Origin: Lingula anatina
Taxonomy: Eukaryota > Animalia > Brachiopoda
Direction of reading: 5' to 3'
NCBI GenBank assembly: GCA_051362555.1
Contig: CM120642.1
Span: forward strand, 25,730,001-25,794,000
DNA: 64,000 nucleotides
A program made the position numbers and the translations under genes. The notes under the pieces are model-generated. The model ran no database searches. It was not told the origin of the DNA and saw nothing but the letters and a program-made list of their open reading frames with translations. The stretch's first letter is position 1; each line of letters starts with the position of its first letter. Positions 1 through 10,659 of the stretch are shown here, one piece after another.

Positions 1-1
1 C

Positions 2-748
2 TTCAGTCCAATTGATGGTAACTGCGTTTGGCCCAGTCAGTACACTTGCCCTGCTACCACCACAACAACCATTACCATGGCGCCGTATACAGGGACAGGG
101 ACGCCTTCTACCCCAGCAGTCACGTCGACAACAACATGTACGCATGGACAGAACTACGTGCATCCGTCCGGAAATTGTAACCGTTATCTTACATGTTCGG
201 ACGGTATACTATTAGAAACTTCGTGTGCAGCAGGCCTCAATTTCAGTCCAGATGAGAGTGACTGCGTTTTGCCCAGTCGGTACGCTTGTCCTACGACCAC
301 CAGTTCAACCACTACAGCGATTTCGTATACAGAAACAGGTACCACAACAACCACTACCACGGCACCGTATACAGGGACAGGCACCACGGCAACCACTACA
401 ACCACTACCACGGCACGGTATACAGGGACAGGTAGCACCACTCCTCGGACTGTTACTCCTACTACACCAGGTGTCACGTCCACAACAACATGTACACGCG
501 ACGGACAGAACTACGTGCATCCGTATGGCGACTGTAACCGCTATCTTACATGCTCGAACGGCATGATTTTAGAAAAGTCATGCACGACAGGTCTGAATTT
601 CAATCCGTATGAAAATATTTGCGTGTCACCCAGCCAGTACGCTTGCCTTACGGTTACTACACCAATAATTTCAGCTGGCGCTCTCTTTCAACATTCTCTT
701 GGTTGGTTTACGTCATTACTGTTCTGCCTGCTGCACTTAACAATTTGA
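2..748 (+). CDS. CBM14 (peritrophin-A) chitin-binding mucin-like protein, gene A, 5'-partial terminal exon; C-terminal hydrophobic (GPI-like) tail
   Basis: Frame open from position 2 (FSPIDGNCVWPSQYTCP...). Contains the end of one and two complete 6-Cys CBM14 motifs (C..YVHPSGxCxxYLTC..G..L...C..GLNF.P....CV.P..YAC) separated by Thr-rich linkers. Ends IISAGALFQHSLGWFTSLLFCLLHLTI-TGA. Confidence 0.9.
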   Translation, partial: FSPIDGNCVWPSQYTCPATTTTTITMAPYTGTGTPSTPAVTSTTTCTHGQNYVHPSGNCNRYLTCSDGILLETSCAAGLNFSPDESDCVLPSRYACPTTTSSTTTAISYTETGTTTTTTTAPYTGTGTTATTTTTTTARYTGTGSTTPRTVTPTTPGVTSTTTCTRDGQNYVHPYGDCNRYLTCSNGMILEKSCTTGLNFNPYENICVSPSQYACLTVTTPIISAGALFQHSLGWFTSLLFCLLHLTI

Positions 749-2208
749 GTGTAACCTCATTAATATTGAAAGTGTTTTTGTAAAAATTATGAACAAAGGT
801 AAAAATATTGTGTTGTGTAAAAAGATTGTTTGATAAGTACAATATATGTGTGCGTAACAAATATTTATGTCTCCTCATTAACCCAAGCGAAAGGATAAGT
901 AAATGACAAACACAGATATAGTGTTCGAAGTTTGGCCGGTAGCGGCCGCTTTTATTGAAAGATCCCTCTAGTAAAGAATGGTGTTAGATATTAAATTGCA
1001 TTAGATAATGTTAATTAGTTAAAATTACGTAATGTCATATCATAAAAATAAATATCAAAACAAATAGTGCACATATTTTCATCCGTGGGGTTGCAAAGAG
1101 TATTTATGTGCATGTAGTATTATCTGTTCATTTGTGTTGGAGTACACATATATATGTTACCACAGTGACAACTAAATAAATTATTAGCTTTTTACTTTTT
1201 ACTGTATTTTGTTTATGCAATAAAGGCCGGACTCCAATAACTTAAATCAAATAAATTAATAGAAAAAATACAAAATTGTTACTGATATGTTAGGCTAGAT
1301 ATCAGTAGAGAGTAATTTGAAAATTTCTAAAAGATAAAACGAAATTGTAATATTGTTAAAAACAATGCATTCAAAAGGTATCTACAACAGCAGTTCGATG
1401 ATGTGTTTTAGTAAATATCTAATTCTTTTGAAACGATCAATTAATTTTATCTGTATAAATCTCTTTATATATATATATGGCACAGAACACACGATGTTTA
1501 AAAATACTATTTTGAGCAAAATGTCCCTTTCATTCTTTATTCAGATTCATAGCCTCTATTCGTTTTGACCGTCAAACATTTTTCGAGAAGCTACAATTAT
1601 TAACAGTTGACTATTAAATCCAATAATCAAGAAAGTTAAGTGTTGACATTTCCGGCCTTTCTTCTCGTTTTATATATATAACGTTAAGATTGTGAGCATT
1701 TGCTGACACGACGGACATTGTAGACGTGCAATGAATATTAAACTCACAGCTTAAAGAAAAAGAATTATACCTACTGCAAAATTTTTACGCCCAAACTCCA
1801 CCTTTCTTTCTGTGGCCTATAATTTTATCCTAAAGACACAACGCGTTCTTTCAACAACACCTTTAACAAATACGGGAAGAAGTGCAGAGGTTTCACTTAT
1901 TTCAGTAAAGAGAAAGGTTTGTACATGAGCAGATTAGAGTAACAATCGGTAAATACTAGAAAATAATCTGAGACGTCAGGGATTTCTATGCGCCGATAAT
2001 GTCGTTTTGGAGGGCTGTCCCCAGTCCCCAAGCGTAAAAGCTTACAAAACAATTCAAGGGGGAATACGCCTAGAGAGGCAGCTCAAAGAACTCAAATGCT
2101 GGTTTTGATCTTGTAAAAAACAAAATTATTACCAGTACTCAAAAATATTTTTATGTTATTTGAAATGTGACAGTTGTGCAAAGAAAAGCAATGTTGAGGA
2201 AATTGTGC

Positions 2209-2210
<2 letters not shown>

Positions 2211-2243
<33 letters not shown>
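2211..2243. repeat. (GA)n microsatellite
   Basis: Direct reading. Confidence 0.95.
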
Positions 2244-2246
<3 letters not shown>

Positions 2247-2788
2247 AAAATATAACTATAGAGATTACTAGTGCTATATTTTACTGGACCTCGGGTTTGT
2301 TTGTACTTATGTGCCCTCTTCCAGCCACCTGAACTGGCTGACGAAGGCAGAAAACTCTTAAAATTGGTATAAAAAGTATACATGTACAGTATCTCCTCTG
2401 GACATTGCATACACTCTTAAAAATAACTCGGTTCAGCGTACACGTTTATGGAGTTTTCAACTACTAGTATTGATAATTAGTAATGCAGCTAAATTTGAAC
2501 AATAGACAGTGATTAAATGTTTTTTTTTTATATTTCACCTTCATCCAAGAAGGCCACTGGGGAGGAATCAATAGACCCTTAATGTAAACAAAATCTGAAA
2601 GATCTAGTGACTTTTTATGTAAAAACACAATAAAGACCAAACAAGGCATTTTTTTTCACAACACAATAACCTCAGAGACGAGTATTGAGGTTGAACACTC
2701 TTCTGTATACGACGCAGTATTAGCAATTTAAAGGTGGTTATAAAAAAAGGAAACACAATATAGAATTGGTATCTTGGGCGGTCTTGGT

Positions 2789-2852
2789 ATGTTTTTGAAG
2801 CTACATTGGCTGGTATATGTGACACGGCTGGTCACAATGTCGACCTTCGCAG
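2789..2852 (+). pseudogene. Orphan (or alternative) signal-peptide exon 1 of the CBM14-mucin family
   Basis: 64-nt exon ATG...TTCGCAG|gtaagt encoding MFLKLHWLVYVTRLVTMSTFA. Same length, phase 1 and donor context as the exons at 7050-7113 and 11595-11658. No cognate exon 2 other than a 29-bp remnant at 5824-5852. Confidence 0.75.
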
Positions 2853-3636
2853 GTAAGTTTACAATTTGTGATCGAGTCGTATACAGAACGGAAACTTTCA
2901 CCAAGAGGATATCGTATCTTTACCCTGAATTCGGGTCCGTGGAAAGAGAGGGGGAGGGGGATAGAGGGTGGGGGCTCAGGAAGATCCTCACTTCTGGTTG
3001 GAAAAATATCCGCTCTAAGCCAAAAGTCAATGGTTCTAAGCCAGTACTTAAACACACGTAGATTTTACGGTAAAAAGGTCCACCTTTTCAGCGCCCCTCC
3101 TCTCCCCCCCCTCCCCCCCCCCCACCCCCAACTGAAATTACTATCAATAGCTTGTGCGTTATATTAAACATATATGTTTGATAATAGAGACTTCGGTGGA
3201 AACATATCCCATGGGTTCTTATGAATGCATGCGCGTATTTTAATTTCAGCTCCCATATCGATAATTGAAAGTATTACTATTTGGATGTCAAGAATAAAGG
3301 ACAAGTAGCCCCTAGAATTTATCATATATCATGTTTTGTAAATCTAGCTAAAATGTTTCCAATAAAATGCACATTTTCATTTCTGCTATAATAGCCTTAT
3401 ATTTATTATAATACTCCAGTTACATCTTTCCTGTCCTCATAATGCAACAGTCTCACTTTTGCAGTATATGGTAAAGTCAAATTAACAAAATTTAACTGTC
3501 AAACTTTTACAATTTTTCCTCTGTTAAAAGCTATGTCAATGATACATGAAGGCTGATGATAGGCCTCTTTACCAAATTTATTAGTACCAATCAGTCATTT
3601 TTTTTATTAATCTGTCTGATGTTAAAATTGGTGACT

Positions 3637-3796
3637 TTATTTTGAGCGGCAACAGCAAAAGTTTGGTCCACAGCCCTTCCCATCACAGGAGTTGTAGCGG
3701 AATATTTTCAGACCGAGTTTGGCAATGTCTTTTCTAGTATCTTCAGATAGTTGGGGTCTCCCTCCATACACATGGAGAGCGTTAAAGCATTCCAGT
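3637..3796 (-). CDS. Cys-rich secreted protein, last exon (LECFNALHVY...CGPNFCCCRSK*)
   Basis: Acceptor atatttcag|, phase 2, open to TAA at 3639-3637. Confidence 0.85.
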
Positions 3797-6700
3797 CTGA
3801 AATATCCATTAATTAGTATTGTGATTAATGGGAGGAAAGTGATGCCCACGAGTTGATAGCAATGAAATAAAAACTAATAAAGAATGAAAAATTAAAGGAT
3901 TAAACATCTCAGTATTGATATATACGAGATATATACGAAATTTGCATCTCTTCTGCACAGGAGGTATGGGACATATTATATATACATGTATATTACGGAT
4001 CTATCTAATGTAGCGTAAATGCAGTGTCAACCATAGGAAATTGTAAAGGTAAAGGTCGTTATGCTTTTAAGTTGGATAAAGAACAGTTATGAAATGAAAA
4101 AAAATCTTAAGGGTAAATTTTGGAGACAAAATAATCATCTGTGCAACACAACCGAACACATTATATCTAACAGTGAATGGGCAATTCTTACCCTCTACTG
4201 CTGACTTGGCTATCTTGGGCAGAGAGGGCTCTGCGTCTACAGATTTGTGCGCAAGTTGGCCCGTCGCCATCGCACGTCCTGCGCACTGCATACACCCATC
4301 CTCTCCGGCCACTCATAGCAGTGCAAGTTGACTGGGCGAGTTCGTCCCGGTAGTTGTATGTAACCTGGTACTGGGATGTGCTGCAGGTTTCTACACAAAA
4401 AGAGAGAAGTTGTCAACGTGTTTGCATGCTAATAAACATATCTCGATTTAAATTCAAAAGATGATGCATTCAGAGATTGTTTGCGGGATCTTGACGCATT
4501 GCAAGGCAGGCACCACAAGGCAGGCACCACCATGAAGGCACCACCAGGCGGGCACCACCATGCAGGCACCACCAGGCGGGCACCACCCCTACAGGATTGC
4601 GTTACTGGGGACCGTCTGGTCAATGTTCATATGTCCCACTTAAATGTGATGGCTGTTAAAATTCAGTCTTTACACATTTTTCACGATATTATGAAAAGAT
4701 AAAAAAATTGACTAATATTCCAGCTAAATAAATAAATAAATAACCGACCTCAAAATGTCTAATCTCTAATTATAAGAACAAACTAGAACAAAATAACCAA
4801 AACTAAACAATAACACTGGACTTCCCAAAGCTTTCATTCCGTTTCTTTTTTGCTATATCGCAACCAAACATTTTATAGCATTTGTATATTATATAGCTAA
4901 TATCACTATAACTTGGATTCAGCTTACAGCAGTGCAGAATCTATTAAAACCAGTGTTAACGCCAGTTATATATACGAGTAATACTGTAATATCCTCATTT
5001 ATATAATATGATTTGATTTGAAAAGAGCAAATTACAGGGCTCATTTCCAATGAAACTATCGTTTTAAGTAAAACGATATAACTCCACGGGGACTCTCGCT
5101 GAATGTAGCCAGATGAACAAATTAACACCCCGCCTCTTGGCGTTGAGTTATATCCAGAAAAGCTGGTGATTGTACGAGTATGTTGAAAATAAGAGGTTTG
5201 TAAATCGAATTTATCTTTGGGAAAAACCCCACAGAATCACGCTCTTACATGTAACTATATCCAAACCTTTGACACAACTCAATCAATGTACAAAAAAAGT
5301 CCACAATCATAGTGCTGATAGTGATTGTTAACATAAATTGTATAAGTTATTGGATTTTATTGTTAAAAAATTAAAGTATGTGACAGTAAAAATATATCTG
5401 ACTGCAGAAAAAATACACGTGTTTTGGTTCCGCTCACAGTGTGCACTGTAGTGTTCACAAAACGCTTCGGTCCGATATTCAACAGAAACCATTATCCTTA
5501 CTCCATGTTAACATAGAGGGGGTTATCAAAAGGGGTGTTTTGAGACCTAGTTAAGAGGCCTACGGGCTAGCAAGAGCGGGAGAAAGAGGGGGCTTTAGAG
5601 GCATCCTAGAAACAGAAAAAAGTCCTCCAGCTGTGCATAAAAGTGTGGCAAAAAGGGTGGGGAATGCATAAGACTCGTTGAGCAATACTTTGACGGAATA
5701 CAATGTCTTTCAACTCAATTCAATTCAATTTTGACTGCTGCTCTTGCTGAATTGTAAAAAAGAAAAAACTTCATCTTATTTTCTTTGTGCTTTTGCTCAC
5801 AATGCAGAAAAATTGAAATATCTCGGCACCGTATACAGGGACAGGGACACCTACAGACGCCTACTAAAGGCCGGGCTCCAGTAACTTAAACCAAATAAAT
5901 TAATAGAAAAAAACACAAAATTGTTAGGCTGGATATCAGTAGAGAGTAATTTTAAAATTTCTAGAAGAATAAACGAAATTGTAATATTGTTAAAAACGAT
6001 GCATTCAAAAGGTTTCTACATAAACAGCAGTTTGATATAGTGTTTTAGTAAATATCTAATTTCTATGAAACAATCAATTAATTTTTTCGCCTAATAGATG
6101 GCAGCACAGGATACTCTTAGCATTCTATATGTTTGACCAGCATATGGTAACACACGTGATTCTTGGATCTATGTCAATGTTAATGTGAGAAATAAATGCC
6201 GAAAAAGAGAGATTTTAGTTGTTTTAATTTAAATTAGGCACAATTATATAATAAATGAAAAAAATACAGAGAGAGAAATTGTTTAAATAGCGCCATGCGA
6301 GTACACGTATTATAGTATGCGTTTCTCCCATCTGCCTGTATGGCACAGTGTAGACGAGCCGGCGATCACATGCAAAAGACACTGAAAAAACTGTACAGTG
6401 ACTATACTCTTATTGAAAACTCGGTGCGCGTTCATGAGTTTTTAGTAGCATTGATAATTAGTAAAACAGCTAAAAGCGATCGATACACAATGAATTGAAA
6501 TGTTTTTCTCTTTCACTTTCATTATGAAAGAAAACTGAGGGAGAATCAATAAAGCCCTATCGTAATTACCTGCGAAATACCTACAATGTAGTATAGCTCT
6601 ATGCAAAAGCATAATTTGTGATCTGCTTTTAACACAAGGAACATGATCACAAACACGACGGCTGATGCGATCGAACTCGTCGGTCAAAGTTAAGCACGAA

Positions 6701-8409
6701 TCACATCTACTTCGATACTAGACGCCTATTCAGAATAAATTTGAGACGTGCCAGCGGAATCCTGTAGTAAAAAGACTGAATATCCAAAAGAAGCTTTTGG
6801 GTTACACCAGCCAAGCGGAGAAGTGCAGTTGCACATTATGTTATATGATCTGTGAAACGTTCGTTCAGACGTGTTGAGAATAGAATTTAACTAAAATAAG
6901 TCTCCTGGTGGAAGATGTGCTTCTTATAATGAATTCATGGCGATGAAAAGTAAAATATATGAAAGACATCATTATGATCTATAGTAGCGTAATGTTTAAA
7001 CAAAAAAGTAAACCTCATTATGGAAAAGGCGACTAGGAAGGCCTAGGGCATGGCTTTAAAGGGACTTTGGCTTTTAAATGTAGCATGGCTAACCACAGTA
7101 TTGTCTTTGGCAGGTAAGTGTTTGATCTACCAATCGAACTGACACATTCATCAAAAAGATATGATTTTTTTCCTGACCTTTTGTGTAATTTTTAATACAT
7201 ATGCAATTACATAGATAGAGAAGGGAAACATTCCCCATGCAAGTATTTTTTTATTTTTGTTACCGCATAGAACTATGAAAAATAAATAGGGCATTCGGTT
7301 AAATGGCATATCGGACATCCTGTTTTGTAAATCTGCCTTTAACTATTTTTATTGGATTGCTTAATAGGATCTATGTTATTACCGAATGAGGCTTATTTAA
7401 ATATTCAATTTTGAAGTCAACAGACTGGAATATTTATTGTTATTTCCTGTCCTTATGACAATCCTACTTTTGAAGCATACGGTAACCTCATTAAAACAAA
7501 ACCGACGACTTTTTATTTGATTTTTATCTTTGTTTTTTATTTTGAAAGGCAACAGCAGAAGTTTGGTCCACAGAGCCCCCCCTCCCTTGCCGGATGTCGT
7601 ATGGTTGAAATTGTAGTTTCAGTTTTGCACACAGTGCCAATGTATTTCAACCATGCTCGTGCTTTCTTCCTTTACCCTGTACTGGTGCTCTGTAGGGGTT
7701 AATTATTGAAATATCATGTAATCGCAATTTTCACCTGGCATTTCGTCATTAAGAAAGAAAAATAAAGGTATATGACGTCTTGATCGAAATGAGGGACGTG
7801 ATGTGATTGGTTAAGAAGATTTTTTTAAATGCCACTGATCATGGATCATGGATCTTTTTTTTTTCAAACCCCATTTTTATTTTATTTATTTATTTATTTT
7901 TGGAATAACGCCTATAAGTCGAAAAAAATTACTTCAATGAATATCTATTTTCTTTAATTCAGCTGCAAACCACGCAACACTTACAACGCCATGCACGGTT
8001 GGCGATTCATTTCCACATCCGTCTGGAGATTGCAACAAATACAAAGTTTGTGCGAGTGGTTCTCTACTAGACCAGAATTGTAACACCGGTCTAAACTTTG
8101 ATCCTAATACCCATGGCTGCGTTTGGCCCTGGGAGTACGCTTGCCCTGCGACTACTACTACAACTACTACCACGGCACCGTATACAGGGACAGGTAGCAC
8201 CACGTCTCGGACAGTTACTCCTACTACCCCAGGAGTCACGTCCACAACAACATGCACACATGGACAGAACTACGTACATCCGTCCGGAAACTGTACCCTA
8301 TATCTTACATGCTCGAATGGTATACTTTTAGAAATGATATGTGTAGCAGGTCTCAACTTCAGTCCAGATGACGGTACCTGCGTTTGGTCTTACCAGTACG
8401 CCTGTCCTT

Positions 8410-8444
<35 letters not shown>

Positions 8445-10597
8445 GCCATATATACTGGATCATATACTGGGAAGAAAAGTACTGGATCGCTTGCAACAAC
8501 AGCCGAATCACCAACAACCACAATTAAATCATCAACAATCACAACCGAATCACCAACAACCTCAACAGAATCACAAGCAACCCCAACTGAATCGCCAACA
8601 ACTACAACTGAATCACCAACAACCACAACTGAATCACCAACAACCTCAACAGAATCACAAGCAACCTCAACAGAATCACAAGCAACCTCAACTAAATCAC
8701 CAACAACCACAACTGAATCACCAACAACCACAACTGAATCACGAACAACCACAGCTGAATCACCAACAACCTCAAAAGAATCACAAGCAATCTCAACTGA
8801 ATCGCCAACAACTACAACTAAATCACCAACAACCACAACTGAATCACCAACAACCACAACTGAAGTAACAACAACCACATTTGAATTACCAGCAACCTCA
8901 ACTGAAACACCAACAACCACTACAGAATCACCAGGAACCTCAACAGAATCACCAACAACTACAACTAAGTCACCAACAACCACAAATGAATCACCAACAA
9001 CCACAACTGAAGTACCAACAACCACAACTGATTCACCAACAACCACAAATGAATTATTTAAAACCACAGCTGGATCACCAACAACCACTACTAAATCACC
9101 AACAACCACAACTAAATCACCAACAACTACTGTTAAATCACCAACAACCATATCTGAATTACAAACAACTACAAGTAAATCTCAAACAAGCACAGCTGAA
9201 TCGCGTACAACCCCGATTGAATCACCAACAACCAGAACTGAATCACCAACAATAGGCCTACCAACTGAAACCACGATAATCACAACTAAATCAATAACGA
9301 CATCAAGTGTATCACCTTCAACCCCATGGCTATCATCCCCATCCATTTTGGAGCCACCCATAAACACAAAAGCTACCGGTACAACCACAACTGAATCACC
9401 AACGACCATGACAGAATCACAAACGACTGTAATTGAATCAATAAAAACTAGGACTATATCATCAACAACCACAACAGAGCCTCCAATTATCTCCACTGGC
9501 TCACTCTCAAAATTCTCTTGGTTTCTTTACACCATTACTGTTTTACTTGAGGTACTGAAACAATGCCTTTGACGAAGTGCCATTATGCTGTGCTCTGCAG
9601 GGTTTAAGATAAAGTCTACCAGGCAATATTTTTGACTAACTGGCAACTTATTTATCAGCCATCATACGTGTATTTACGAAAATGGGCAAGGGCCTATGGA
9701 AGAAGTTTTCCGTAGTCTCTGTTGGAAAAAAATATGATAAAGCAGAGTTATTCTTTACTTAGACACTAAATAGCAGCGGTCAAACGACGTTTCGGTCCTC
9801 CAGTGATGGACCTTGGTTGCTACCTGTTTCCGAAGAAATGTTTGAAAGCACTTTTTCAAATTTTCCAATCATATGAAAATGTTAAAAAATAATAGTTAAT
9901 TGGCTTATTTCAGCTTCATCTTACTTGAATACATCTTTATCCAAGTATATCATTAATTCTTTCCTTGCACTATTTAAGACTTTGAAAATAAAATGTGTCA
10001 GCTTCTTGAGTAATGATTCTTGTGCTTCTTCGTAAAATTGAAGGCAGGCGATACATAGGCCAACGAACTAGTCGGCACCTGAACGACATGCAATCTGGGT
10101 GTGAGATTGTAAGGACTGTTTGATCACAAATAAAACAGCATTTCAAGTGAAACCGAGCACTGTTCTATCCATATTGCTTACACATTACAGTAAAATTGGC
10201 CTCGTCAACTATTTTCACTGACCGATCCAAGTGAATCATGAATCTGCCGGTGTAACGAAACAGAGGGTCCGTGTAACAGAAAGTCCGCCCTCCACATAGT
10301 TATAATGGTTAGGGTTAGTCTGACCTAAGTGGGTCAAAATCTAAGGCGAGGCTCACCTGTACGAATGAATGGGAAGCGGACTCTCTGTTTTGGGGGACTC
10401 TCTGTCACGTTACACCGGCGGGGTGACGGCAGAAATATGCACAGCAAGTGAATAGGCAAAGAAATATCCTTGAATATTAGGGGCGGATCCCTGACATTTT
10501 TTCTGACAGTCTTACAAATCGCGATACATATACATTCACTTGCATATATATGAAGAAAATATCCTTGAAACAAAATCGTTACCGAATTATTACAAAC

Positions 10598-10659
<62 letters not shown>

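Noticed and set aside
4067-4312. 81-aa ORF MAGEDGCMQC...
   Set aside because: Wrong frame of the real exon 4390-4192.
4429-4702. ORFs over the GC-rich patch
   Set aside because: Explained by a 14-bp minisatellite whose period is not a multiple of 3.
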